DNA of 48,832 nucleotides from Chitinophagaceae bacterium (GCA_031406595.1 JANOHQ010000256.1:1-48832); one strand, 5' to 3'; shown: positions 37,100 through 46,209, numbered from the stretch's first letter. The notes: generated by a model not told the origin, from the sequence alone. Numbers and translations: made by a program.

Positions 37100-37771
37100 A
37101 TGGAATTCGAAAAAATTCACAATAAGGGTCAGGCACAGCTTTTCAAGAACCCTTACCTGGAAATGCTGACTAAAACCCACCCGCTGGTGATATGGGGTAT
37201 GTACACCCCGGTGATGATCTATATGGCCTGGTACAGCGGCACACTTGGTTTTACCACGGGCAGGATCGCCCTGACATTCCTGGCAGGGATGTTTTTCTGG
37301 ACCTTTTTTGAGTACTTAGCTCATCGCTTTTTATTTCACATGATCGCCAACAGCGGCAGGGCCAAAAAATTTATTTATACACTGCACGGTAATCACCATC
37401 ATTATCCACGGGATAAGCAACGGTTATTTATGCCCCCGGTTCCCAGTCTTATTCTGTCTTCTTCTATTTTCGGTTTGATGTACCTGATCATGGGGCAGCA
37501 TACATTTATGTTCTTCCCGGGTTTTCTTTTAGGATACCTGATGTATGGAACGATGCACTATGCGATCCATGCCTGGAACCCGCCATTCAAATGGATGAAA
37601 GGGCTTTGGAGAAACCATCACCTGCATCATTATAAGAATGAACACAACGGTTATGGTGTAAGCTCTACGATCTGGGACCATGTTTTTGGAACCATGTTCG
37701 ACCTGAAAAGAGAGAAGGAAGATAAAGAGAAGGTAAAAGAGCTAATGTTCGAAAAGAAAGACAAGAAATAG
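37100..37771 (+). CDS. Fatty acid hydroxylase / sterol desaturase family (FA2H-like)
   Basis: His boxes HRFLFH, HGNHH, HYAIH, HHLHH; YP.DK.RL.MPP. Confidence 0.9.
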   Translation: MEFEKIHNKGQAQLFKNPYLEMLTKTHPLVIWGMYTPVMIYMAWYSGTLGFTTGRIALTFLAGMFFWTFFEYLAHRFLFHMIANSGRAKKFIYTLHGNHHHYPRDKQRLFMPPVPSLILSSSIFGLMYLIMGQHTFMFFPGFLLGYLMYGTMHYAIHAWNPPFKWMKGLWRNHHLHHYKNEHNGYGVSSTIWDHVFGTMFDLKREKEDKEKVKELMFEKKDKK

Positions 37772-37792
37772 TTCAGGGATCTGCTAGCAGCT

Positions 37793-37816
37793 TCCTTCAC
37801 TTCGTTCTGGATGACA
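37793..37816. repeat. REP-like unit TCCTTCACTTCGTTCTGGATGACA
   Basis: Lies between convergent genes; architecture related to the CTGAGC..GTCGAAG units. Confidence 0.45.
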
Positions 37817-37837
37817 GCTAACGGCTTTAAGCTTTCC

Positions 37838-38155
37838 TCACCACTTATCATCCTCATCAATATTATTGTCCCGCTTGCGAAACTGCTGGCGGGATTTTAT
37901 TTTTTCTGCCTGCCGTTCGATCATCAGGTCGGCGATCAGCATGCCGGCATCGCTCCCCGCGTTATCGTGCAGCAATGAGCGCAGTTTGGGTTCACTGATA
38001 TCCATCCGGTAAAGAACAGTGATCAGTTTCTGAAAATCTTTTTCGATCCATTCATTGAGTTTATCTGCCAGTTGTTTTTTTACCGCCTGGTAATCTTTAC
38101 CTGGTACAATTTCCAGCGACAGCGCCACCTGTGATATCGGATCCTCCTGTTTCAT
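37838..38155 (-). CDS. Conserved hypothetical protein
   Basis: DFQKLI..LYRMDISE, LIADLMIERQ..KIKSR pattern typical of a Bacteroidota family. Confidence 0.8.
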   Translation of the reverse strand: MKQEDPISQVALSLEIVPGKDYQAVKKQLADKLNEWIEKDFQKLITVLYRMDISEPKLRSLLHDNAGSDAGMLIADLMIERQAEKIKSRQQFRKRDNNIDEDDKW

Positions 38156-38335
38156 TTGCCTCTAAAAGTAAGAAGAAGCGCCCAATTGACCCTGTTACAG
38201 AAGCCCGGTCAGTCACCACGGCTTTTGGCCACGCGGTAATATCCTGGGGCAATACTTCCTCGTCACATTCAGCTATAATGTACGGCCAGCCGGGGTAAAA
38301 CAAAAAGTGGGAGGCAGAGAACGTTTATTCCGGTT

Positions 38336-39100
38336 CTAGAATTTTTCCATCACGCCCAGCCCGAACAATGCGAAATCGTATTTCACAGGATCATCAGGGT
38401 CCAGTGTACTCAGGTATTCTGTTAGCTGTACCGCAGCCTGCCAGTCAGTTTGCTTCCGGTCCAGGATATTCAATCGTTTGGCTACCCGGGCTACATGCAG
38501 ATCGATAGGGCATATAAGTAAAGAGGGCGAAATAGTTGACCAGATCCCGAAATCAACTCCCATTTTATCCCGCCGCACCATCCAGCGGAGAAACATGTTC
38601 AATCGTTTACAACTGGAGCTTCTTTCCGGTGTGGCGATATGTTTCCGTGTTCTCGCAGGAACGTCCGCCAGTGAAAAAAAATAATGATGAAAACCTTTCA
38701 GCATAGCTTCGATGCTCTCGCCATGACGGGTGAAAGCGGTTTCGAGGCTATCGGTCGTGGAATAGTGAAAGCGGAAAAATTCAATGAAATACAACAGGTC
38801 GGTCGTATTGAATGTCCGGTGTTTAAACCCCATCAATCGCTGCAGATCCTGTGGGCCCGCATCCATACAAAACTGGTGCGGTTCCATGTCCATCAGTTCC
38901 ATCAGCTCTTTCGACTTCCGGATGATTGTGGTTCGGTTGCCCCATGCGAATACCGCAGCAAAAAACCCTGCTATCTCTATGTCCTGCTTTTTAGTGAACA
39001 GGTGCGGAATAGAAACCGGGTCGGCTGCAATAAACGAAGGTTGGTTATACAGCGCAACCTTCTCATTCAAAAAAGCGGTTAAAGGAACTGGTTTATCCAT
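38336..39100 (-). CDS. TIGR02757 (DUF2400) family protein
   Basis: DPVSIPH, AWGNR, CKRLNMFLRWMVR, P.DLHV, DPVKYDFALFGLG. Confidence 0.92.
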   Translation of the reverse strand: MDKPVPLTAFLNEKVALYNQPSFIAADPVSIPHLFTKKQDIEIAGFFAAVFAWGNRTTIIRKSKELMELMDMEPHQFCMDAGPQDLQRLMGFKHRTFNTTDLLYFIEFFRFHYSTTDSLETAFTRHGESIEAMLKGFHHYFFSLADVPARTRKHIATPERSSSCKRLNMFLRWMVRRDKMGVDFGIWSTISPSLLICPIDLHVARVAKRLNILDRKQTDWQAAVQLTEYLSTLDPDDPVKYDFALFGLGVMEKF

Positions 39101-39108
39101 TTACTACG

Positions 39109-39255
39109 TCAGACAGGGTTTCTTCCCTGTATCAAACGTAGCAAAATTGCGATAACTGCAATTACCAGCAACACATGGATCAGGCCGCCGGCAGAAAAAA
39201 CAAAAAATCCCAATAACCACCCTATGATCAGTATGACAGCGATCAGATAAAGCAT
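39109..39255 (-). CDS. lmo0937 / DUF5670 family small membrane protein (48 aa, absent from ORF track)
   Basis: MLYLIAVILIIGWLLGFFVFSAGGLIHVLLVIAVIAILLRLIQGRNPV*. Confidence 0.85.
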   Translation of the reverse strand: MLYLIAVILIIGWLLGFFVFSAGGLIHVLLVIAVIAILLRLIQGRNPV

Positions 39256-39303
39256 ATAAAAATTTTTAGTTGATCAATCCCCATAACGGGTTACGATGCT
39301 TTA

Positions 39304-39319
39304 TTCCAATACTGTGCCA
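39304..39319 (-). promoter_or_regulatory. Possible sigma54-type promoter for the small membrane gene
   Basis: TGGCACAGTATTGGAA; good -24 box, degenerate -12 box. Confidence 0.3.
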
Positions 39320-39337
39320 GCCGCCCGGAATCAAAAT

Positions 39338-39367
39338 GAAACTGCAAACCTGAGGGCCTGCAGTTTC
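39338..39367 (-). terminator. Terminator-like hairpin after the GIN-domain gene
   Basis: GAAACTGCA ... TGCAGTTTC followed by ATTTT on the minus strand. Confidence 0.55.
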
Positions 39368-39377
39368 CCGGGAGCAA

Positions 39378-40034
39378 TTATCGGGGAATTACTGCACCAC
39401 TTCCCGATATATTAGTGGTGATAACAGGCGTGCCACGGTAATAAACATTCCCGCTGCCGGCTATTTTCACTTTCAATTTTGTCGTAGCGGTGATCTCTGT
39501 ATTGCCACTTCCACTGGTCTCTGTATCCGCATTAAGGGCAACCATATCCAGCGCATAGATATTCCCGCTGCCGGCGATCCTGGCGAAAAAATCAGTGGCG
39601 GTTCCGCTGCTGAAATGGATCGCGCCGGACCCTTCTATCGCAGCATTAAAAACGCTATTACCATTGAAAGCACCCGTTGTGCTGATATTACCCGAACCGG
39701 CAAGATGAAGGCCATTCAATGCCGGCATCGTGATAAACACTTCCGTATTATCATTTTTTACATTTACATCCGGCTTATAACCCAACTCGAGTGTATTGTT
39801 CACCAGCTTTGTTTCGTAGTAGGGAAGCAGGTTGCTATATCCTTTTACTTCTACCTTAAAACTGGCACCTTGGGCAATATGCACGTTCGTGCTTCCTGAT
39901 GCGGACACAGCCGTGAACCCGGTCACATTCCTGGTTTCGGTACTGGTCGACCCATTTCCTTTGATCCTTTCTTTTGAGCAGGATGCCAATGCCAACATGG
40001 CGCTCACTACAGTAGTGATTAACACAATTTTCAT
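39378..40034 (-). CDS. Head GIN domain (DUF2807) lipoprotein
   Basis: Lipobox LASC, IKGNG...ETR, repeated I.GSGN units, GSGNVYYRG.P. Confidence 0.9.
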   Translation of the reverse strand: MKIVLITTVVSAMLALASCSKERIKGNGSTSTETRNVTGFTAVSASGSTNVHIAQGASFKVEVKGYSNLLPYYETKLVNNTLELGYKPDVNVKNDNTEVFITMPALNGLHLAGSGNISTTGAFNGNSVFNAAIEGSGAIHFSSGTATDFFARIAGSGNIYALDMVALNADTETSGSGNTEITATTKLKVKIAGSGNVYYRGTPVITTNISGSGAVIPR

Positions 40035-40080
40035 GATTCTTGATTTGATTTTTTTGAAATTGATTTCCCTCGGTATAACG

Positions 40081-40181
40081 CAAAAATAAACCCGGTAAAG
40101 AGGGGGTTCTGCCTGAAACAGGAGGATCGCAGGGTGAACAACTGGTAAAAGCAACTGAAAAAGGAAAATAAGCGGGTGAAA
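40081..40181 (-). promoter_or_regulatory. Promoter with four 21-bp-phased direct repeats (putative LytTR sites)
   Basis: TGAA at 40114, 40135, 40156, 40177; -7 element TATTTTTG at 40088-40081. Confidence 0.6.
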
Positions 40182-40209
40182 AAATGAGGAAGGGCCGTTT
40201 TATTATGGA

Positions 40210-40350
40210 TTCACGCAGAGTGCGTGGGGAACCTGCCTTTGCCGGCAGGCAAGCGCAGAGAGTAATTTGTCCGAAATCCTGCGAACACGATCCTTCGTGG
40301 CCGCCCGGGACTATCGGGTCAGCGTCCCGAAGCCTCGGGATCAGTGTGCA
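40210..40350. repeat. Degenerate composite palindromic element
   Basis: TTCACGCAGAG..CGCAGAG arms with embedded CCTGCC..GGCAGGCAAG, CCCGGGACTATCGGG and TCCCGAAGCCTCGGGA. Confidence 0.5.
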
Positions 40351-40355
40351 ATTTC

Positions 40356-41285
40356 TTATTTATTCAGCCATTCTTTAAAGGCGGGTGCCCGCTTTTGGCT
40401 GATGACCACTTCATCTTCATAGCCCGGGACCAGGTGAACGGCCAGCTTACCATTTTCTTCATTGGTGAAATAATGGCAGGCTTTCAGGTTGATGATGAAT
40501 TGCCGGTTGGCCCGGAAGAAAAGAGTCTCTTCCAGCAATTTTATGAGTTCATCCAGGGAATGATTGAGCAGGTAAGTCTCTGAGTGAAATGTTTTTAACG
40601 TTGTATAGTTTCCATCCTTATAGAAATAAGCAATGGCTTCAACAGGGATAGGGATGTTCTTATTGCCCGAAACGGCCACCAGTATTTTTATCTTGCCGGC
40701 GACAGTCCCGGCTTCCATAAAATCATTCTCCTCTTCATTTGCTTCCACGACCGGCTGAGCAGGAAGGCTGGGAATGATCTGGGACCCGGTTTTGATATTT
40801 TGCAGCGTAAATAGCTGTTCCTTCAGCGAAATCAATTCATCTTTTTGTTTTTTGCTTTCCCGGTAAAAGAAATAACCCAGGTAAACGCCGTTCCAGAAAA
40901 TGATGAACAAAATAGAAATGGGAAACTCCGTATAGAAGAACTGGACCTCTTCTTTTTTAAAACCAAGTAATACGATAAGATAGGTGTACATAAAAGCCAG
41001 CACAAAAATGGCTGTGATGATAACGCCAGCGATGAGTTGGTAGACCAGCCGGGTGCCAAAATACCTGCTCCAGGGGTATTGCTGATCCAGGTAAGCCGTA
41101 ACAATATTGATATAACTCGTTGTGATAAAAGTGAGCGTGAAGCCGGCCAATACATCCGCGACAAAATATTTTCCTTTGATAATATCCGCAATTGAATCGC
41201 TGCCCAAAAAAACAAAGAAAAGCGCCAGCAGTGCAGAGGTAACAAGGCGCAGCCAGAAATCACGGTATGGGGACACAGAAGCCAT
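40356..41285 (-). CDS. Membrane-anchored LytTR family transcriptional regulator
   Basis: Four TM helices; IAYFY, SLDEL...L....FFRANRQFII, VISQKRA..FKEWL. Confidence 0.9.
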   Translation of the reverse strand: MASVSPYRDFWLRLVTSALLALFFVFLGSDSIADIIKGKYFVADVLAGFTLTFITTSYINIVTAYLDQQYPWSRYFGTRLVYQLIAGVIITAIFVLAFMYTYLIVLLGFKKEEVQFFYTEFPISILFIIFWNGVYLGYFFYRESKKQKDELISLKEQLFTLQNIKTGSQIIPSLPAQPVVEANEEENDFMEAGTVAGKIKILVAVSGNKNIPIPVEAIAYFYKDGNYTTLKTFHSETYLLNHSLDELIKLLEETLFFRANRQFIINLKACHYFTNEENGKLAVHLVPGYEDEVVISQKRAPAFKEWLNK

Positions 41286-41327
41286 CGGCGGATAAAAATA
41301 GGTAATGCAGGTCGTTCTGCCGGGGTC

Positions 41328-42296
41328 TTATTGAATATTTTTGATCTTCTCTTTACGTACAGGTGAGTGATCGTTTTTTTGAACCCCGTTCACCAGTATT
41401 TTTTCAAAGAAACATTTGATACCTGTAGCACCAGCCATATACTCTTTGTCCTGGATATGAAAATGCAGATGCGGTTCAGAAGAGTTACCCGAATTGCCGC
41501 AGAGACCAAGTGGCTGACCTTTCTTGACGGCGTCGCCTTTTTTTACAAGAATGGAATTTAGTTTGAAATGGGCCAGCAAAATATATTCATTGGCGGTTGT
41601 CTTTAAAACAACCGTGTTTCCTGTAAGCTGGGAAGGGTTCATTTCTCCGGGAATATTGTCTTTAACGCCTTCAATAACTGAAATTACCTCCGCATCACAG
41701 GGTGCGATCAAAGGTTGACCAAACGCATAGTAATCTTCATTGGTGTCTCCATCGGTTTTAAACGATTTCCCATTTTCACCGGTTATAACAAGATCAAACG
41801 CATTTTTTTGAGCTTTTGATATCACATGGTAATTCTGTTCTTTCGTATCGCCGCCCCAGAAAACAAACCATTCGCCGGAAAAGGGTAGTGACAACGCGGT
41901 CTTATTCCGGATCATAGAAGATTGTTCGCCAGGGCCGTCGTAGTCAATGAAATAAAGGCCGTCGATTTTGTCCTTTGCATTTTGAGAAATACTTAGCCAG
42001 TAAGTGCCCCTGGCAAACTCTGCCCGGTAGCGATCATAGCTTTCCTTCTTTTCTTTAAAATCGTATTTTATGATGCTGCCCGATCCGTCCTGCATTTGTG
42101 AAAAAAACTCCGTGGTTTTTGTGAGTGGAAGCGCTGCCTGCATTTCCGGGGAGAATAAATAGAAAATACTGTCATAGTGTTTTTGATTATAATGACTGAC
42201 CAGCCGGTCGGCCAGGACACTATTTCTTGAAATGTCTTTTTGGCCTTTGCAGGACAGTAAGACGAAACAGATACAAGCAGAAAGCAAGCGCTTCAT
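41328..42296 (-). CDS. M23 family peptidase lipoprotein with DUF3887-like N-terminus
   Basis: Lipobox LLSC; H......AFD, LAHF, CGNSGNSSEPHLHF. Confidence 0.88.
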   Translation of the reverse strand: MKRLLSACICFVLLSCKGQKDISRNSVLADRLVSHYNQKHYDSIFYLFSPEMQAALPLTKTTEFFSQMQDGSGSIIKYDFKEKKESYDRYRAEFARGTYWLSISQNAKDKIDGLYFIDYDGPGEQSSMIRNKTALSLPFSGEWFVFWGGDTKEQNYHVISKAQKNAFDLVITGENGKSFKTDGDTNEDYYAFGQPLIAPCDAEVISVIEGVKDNIPGEMNPSQLTGNTVVLKTTANEYILLAHFKLNSILVKKGDAVKKGQPLGLCGNSGNSSEPHLHFHIQDKEYMAGATGIKCFFEKILVNGVQKNDHSPVRKEKIKNIQ

Positions 42297-42312
42297 ATCG
42301 CAGGGATTGAAA

Positions 42313-43452
42313 TTAACCAATAGCCTTGTTCAGATCTTCAATTAGATCATCCGCATCTTCGATTCCCACGCTTAAACGGATCAGCGAATCCTTCAACCCA
42401 TTCTTTATTCTCTCTTCCCTGGGTATGGATGCGTGTGTCATAACTGCAGGATGGTTGATCAGCGATTCTACGCCACCAAGGCTTTCCGCCAATGAGAACA
42501 GGTGGGTGGAAGACAATACTTTTCTTGCTGCTTCGGCACTGTCGTCTTTTAATTCAAAAGAGATCATGCCGCCGAAGTCACGCATCTGTTTTTTTGCAAT
42601 CGCATGCCCGGGATGATCTTCAAAGCCCGGCCAATATACTTTGGCCACTTTTGAATGATTGCGGAGCCAGTTGGCAATGATCCTTCCGTTCTCACAATGT
42701 GCTTTCATCCTTACCCCGAGTGTTTTGATACCGCGTAATACCAGGAAACAATCCATCGGGCCGGGAACGGCACCGCAGCTTTTTTGAATGAAATATAATT
42801 TTTCTCTCAGCTCCGCGTCATTCATCATCAGGGCACCCTGGATCACATCACTATGACCGCCGAGGTATTTTGTTACCGAGTGCATAACGATATCGGCGCC
42901 AAGATCAAGCGGGTTCTGAAGATAAGGGGAGGCAAATGTATTGTCAACCGCTACCAGGATATTTTGCTTTTTCGCCAGTGCAGCCACCGCAGCGATATCA
43001 CAGATATTCATCAGCGGGTTCGTGGGTGTTTCCAGCCAGATCAGTTTGGTATTGGCGTTGATGTATTGTTTGATATTGTCAACATTCTGCATGTCGACAT
43101 AATGAAACTTGATGCCAAATTTTGTAAATATTTTGGTGAACATGCGGTAAGTGCCACCATACATATCATTCCCGCAGATCACTTCATCGCCGGGTTCCAG
43201 TAGTTTGATCACTGCGTCTGTTGCTGCCACGCCACTGCTGAACGCCAGTCCAAATTTTCCATTTTCAATGATCGCAAACGCCTCCTCCAGTGCTTTGCGG
43301 GTAGGATTCTGGCTGCGTGCATATTCAAATCCCTTATTTACACCCGGGGCTTCCTGCACATACGTGGAGGTTTGGTAGATCGGTGTCATGATCGCACCAG
43401 TAGAAGGATCGGGTGTTGCACCGGCATGGATCAGTTTTGTAGCAAGCTTCAT
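42313..43452 (-). CDS. Cystathionine gamma-synthase/lyase (PLP-dependent)
   Basis: PIYQTST, YARSQNPT, ETPTNP, DNTFASP, HSVTKYLGGHSD, AESLGG, RLSVGIE. Confidence 0.95.
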   Translation of the reverse strand: MKLATKLIHAGATPDPSTGAIMTPIYQTSTYVQEAPGVNKGFEYARSQNPTRKALEEAFAIIENGKFGLAFSSGVAATDAVIKLLEPGDEVICGNDMYGGTYRMFTKIFTKFGIKFHYVDMQNVDNIKQYINANTKLIWLETPTNPLMNICDIAAVAALAKKQNILVAVDNTFASPYLQNPLDLGADIVMHSVTKYLGGHSDVIQGALMMNDAELREKLYFIQKSCGAVPGPMDCFLVLRGIKTLGVRMKAHCENGRIIANWLRNHSKVAKVYWPGFEDHPGHAIAKKQMRDFGGMISFELKDDSAEAARKVLSSTHLFSLAESLGGVESLINHPAVMTHASIPREERIKNGLKDSLIRLSVGIEDADDLIEDLNKAIG

Positions 43453-43514
43453 ATGATCGTTATATTAGATGATTAAGAACTGCAAAGATGCCGAATTAGA
43501 CCGAAAGTCTCGGG

Positions 43515-45392
43515 TTACTTGAACAGCCCGGCCGCAGAAAAATACCGCCAATCGTAATTATCGGCATCATGTGTCGGAAGAGGATGAACCGGCCTGTCAA
43601 GCACTTCCGTTTTCAGGATCTTTTCATCGACCAGCTTCCTTTTGGCTTCCTGTATCGCGTCCTGCACCTGTTTGTTTTCCATCCACTTTTTTTGCGGAGG
43701 TTCAAAGCCCACTTTATCCCGTCTCCAGTTTATTTCCGCGGGCAATTTTTTATCCATTGTTTTTCTCAGCAACCATTTGGTCCACCCTTCCCGGATCTTA
43801 AAATTCGAAGGCAGCGAAAAAATAAATTCCACCAGTTCATGCGAAAGAAAAGGTAAGCGGATCTCCCGCCCGTGAGCCATCGCATTCCTGTCGGCATAGC
43901 GGAGTAATTCTTCGAGCCCATGTGTGCAGGTATTAAAATGCAGCACTCCATTCAGGGTAAAATGATCCGGAGTGGTATAATAAGCTTCCTTGCTTTGAAG
44001 TTTTACAAATTCCTTTGTCAGATCGGGTTGTTTAATCGCTTTCAGCAAGTATTGGTTTTCGAGAACAACCGTGGCAAAAGCAGGAAAATAAGCCGCGATC
44101 ATATTTTTATAATTGAAAGGCTCGACAATCCCGGTTTCTTTAGCCGCTTTCAGTTCTTTGCTCCGGGACAAGCGCTTGTTGCGGAAAAGCTCCTGCCAGT
44201 ACCATTTATAGTATTTATGATAACCCGCCAGTGTTTCATCGGCTCCCTGGCCATCCAGCAACACTTTTACTCCCTGTTGCTGCGCCAGCTCATATACTTT
44301 GTATTGGGCAATGATACTGGCCGAGCCAAAAGGTTCTTCCTGGTGCCAGCTGATTTTTTCCCAGTTACTCAGCAGGTCATTCGCTGACAATTGAACGGTG
44401 AACTGCTCGAGTTTGAACTGATCGGCAATTTTCTTTGAAAAAAGGAATTCATCTTTTTCAAAACCGGGGAATACCGCGGTGAATGTTTTTGAGTAATTAG
44501 TGGATGACAGGCTATTAATCACTGAAACGATCGACGAACTATCCAGGCCACCACTGAGTGACGTGCCGACTTCCACATCGCTTCGCAACCTTCTTTTAAC
44601 CGAACTACTGAAGAGATGATAAAATTGTTCGAATGCTTCATCGTCGCTGATCTTTTTGTTTTGTTGCTCCGGGTCTATTTTCCAATATTGCTCCAATTCC
44701 GGTTCTCTGTCGCCGGGCGAATAGGATAAGGTAGTGGCAGGGGGAAGTTTGTAAATATTTTCGAAAAATGTTTCACCAGGCTGTGCCGGGTTATCCGTAT
44801 AACCAATCGTAATGAAATTAAAAAGCATTTTCTGGTTGGGTGTCCTTTCCACACCTGCGGCCCATAATGCTTTCATTTCTGATGCAAATAACAATCCCCG
44901 CTGGTCAAAATAGTAGAAGAAGGGTTTTTCGCCGAAACGATCCCTGGCAGCAAACAGCGTTTTTTCTGTTTCATCCCAGATCGCAAAGGAGAACATCCCG
45001 TCAAAATGCGACACACAATCGTCGTCCCATAGGTCATAAGCTGCGGCGATCACTTCCGTATCGGTTTGCGAGCGGAAAGAATAGCCTTTCTTCGATAACT
45101 CTTCTCTTAGCTCAATATAATTATAGATCTCTCCATTATGCACTATCGTGTAACGGGATGCGCCTTCTCCATTTATGGAGAAGGAAGGGTTGAGGCTCAT
45201 CGGTTGACAACCGGCATTGCTGAGGTCGATGATAGAGAGACGACGGTGGCCCAACAATGCATCATTGGTTGGATTCCCCCACAGCCCCTCGCCATCGGGT
45301 CCGCGGTGGACCAGCGCATCGGTCATTTTCTTCAGCTGTTCTTTCGTGTACGCGGAAGGGTCAGTTTGTATGATACCGGCAATGCCACACAT
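43515..45392 (-). CDS. asnB: Asparagine synthase (glutamine-hydrolyzing)
   Basis: MCGIAG, HRGPD, GHRRLSIID, HNGEIYN, RDRFGEKP, SLSGGLDSS, DGQGADE. Confidence 0.93.
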   Translation of the reverse strand: MCGIAGIIQTDPSAYTKEQLKKMTDALVHRGPDGEGLWGNPTNDALLGHRRLSIIDLSNAGCQPMSLNPSFSINGEGASRYTIVHNGEIYNYIELREELSKKGYSFRSQTDTEVIAAAYDLWDDDCVSHFDGMFSFAIWDETEKTLFAARDRFGEKPFFYYFDQRGLLFASEMKALWAAGVERTPNQKMLFNFITIGYTDNPAQPGETFFENIYKLPPATTLSYSPGDREPELEQYWKIDPEQQNKKISDDEAFEQFYHLFSSSVKRRLRSDVEVGTSLSGGLDSSSIVSVINSLSSTNYSKTFTAVFPGFEKDEFLFSKKIADQFKLEQFTVQLSANDLLSNWEKISWHQEEPFGSASIIAQYKVYELAQQQGVKVLLDGQGADETLAGYHKYYKWYWQELFRNKRLSRSKELKAAKETGIVEPFNYKNMIAAYFPAFATVVLENQYLLKAIKQPDLTKEFVKLQSKEAYYTTPDHFTLNGVLHFNTCTHGLEELLRYADRNAMAHGREIRLPFLSHELVEFIFSLPSNFKIREGWTKWLLRKTMDKKLPAEINWRRDKVGFEPPQKKWMENKQVQDAIQEAKRKLVDEKILKTEVLDRPVHPLPTHDADNYDWRYFSAAGLFK

Positions 45393-45462
45393 GTTGTAAA
45401 TATCTGACTAATTTCTCGCAGGAAGGAATGTTTGGAATATTCTGCATTATATGCTTTAGCTA

Positions 45463-45560
45463 CCCTTTCTTCGCTGGATAGGCTACGGATACAGCAGGCC
45501 ACAGTAAAAAAACACATAGCGACTATGTGAAACCCTATGTTTCTAATGTTATGTGGTGAA
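45463..45560. repeat. Composite palindromic element, sibling of 10513-10620
   Basis: CTTCGCTGGATAGGCTACGGA..AGG then CACATAG..CTATGTG..CCCTATGTTTCTA..TATGTGGT. Confidence 0.6.
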
Positions 45561-45564
45561 TTTG

Positions 45565-46200
45565 TCAGAAAGAGAAAGGAAGCCGGACCTCAATATTCTC
45601 CCATGCCATCAGGAGATCTACGCCACCGGTTCGCATCTGGAAGACCATTGTAAAAAATTCAATAGCGTTGGATGTTTGCTGAACAGGTACAGTATACCGG
45701 GCTATATCGCTGGCAGGGTCAGGTTGAAGACCCCAGCTGTCGATATTACTATTTAGTATGATCGTCCAGGTTTCCTGCCCAGGTATGCAATAAAGAATAT
45801 AACGGCCGGCGGGGATCTTTTTCCCCTGTATTGTCGCATCTGTATAGAGATCCAGTTCAGTAGCTTCATTGGCACCCAGGCGCCAGGGTTCACCATATTT
45901 TAATACATCATGAAATAATTGCCTGCCCTGCAGGTGCGGGCGGCTGTAGATCACTCTTGCCCGCGGTGGAACGGTCGGCGTCTTTGTCATTTTCAGTTTC
46001 GGGTAGTCGGCAGGGTAATAGCTCATATCCATCGGTGACAGATCCACAGGCACATAATTGTTGGTCGTCTTTTCCGGCCGGGGCCTGGTGATGGTATCAT
46101 TTTTAACGGTTTTGTCGGTGGGGGCCGGCTTTTCCTCTTTATTGTTATTACACGAAAAGAACAGGCAGGAAGCAAGCAATAAGAGGGCTGAGCGTTTCAT
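45565..46200 (-). CDS. DUF2911 family lipoprotein
   Basis: Lipobox FFSC; YSRP...GR, YGEPWRLGANEAT. Confidence 0.9.
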   Translation of the reverse strand: MKRSALLLLASCLFFSCNNNKEEKPAPTDKTVKNDTITRPRPEKTTNNYVPVDLSPMDMSYYPADYPKLKMTKTPTVPPRARVIYSRPHLQGRQLFHDVLKYGEPWRLGANEATELDLYTDATIQGKKIPAGRYILYCIPGQETWTIILNSNIDSWGLQPDPASDIARYTVPVQQTSNAIEFFTMVFQMRTGGVDLLMAWENIEVRLPFSF

Positions 46201-46209
46201 TGAACAATT

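Noticed and set aside
38097-38303. 68-aa ORF upstream of the conserved hypothetical gene
   Set aside because: TTG start, overlaps the next gene, no recognisable motif
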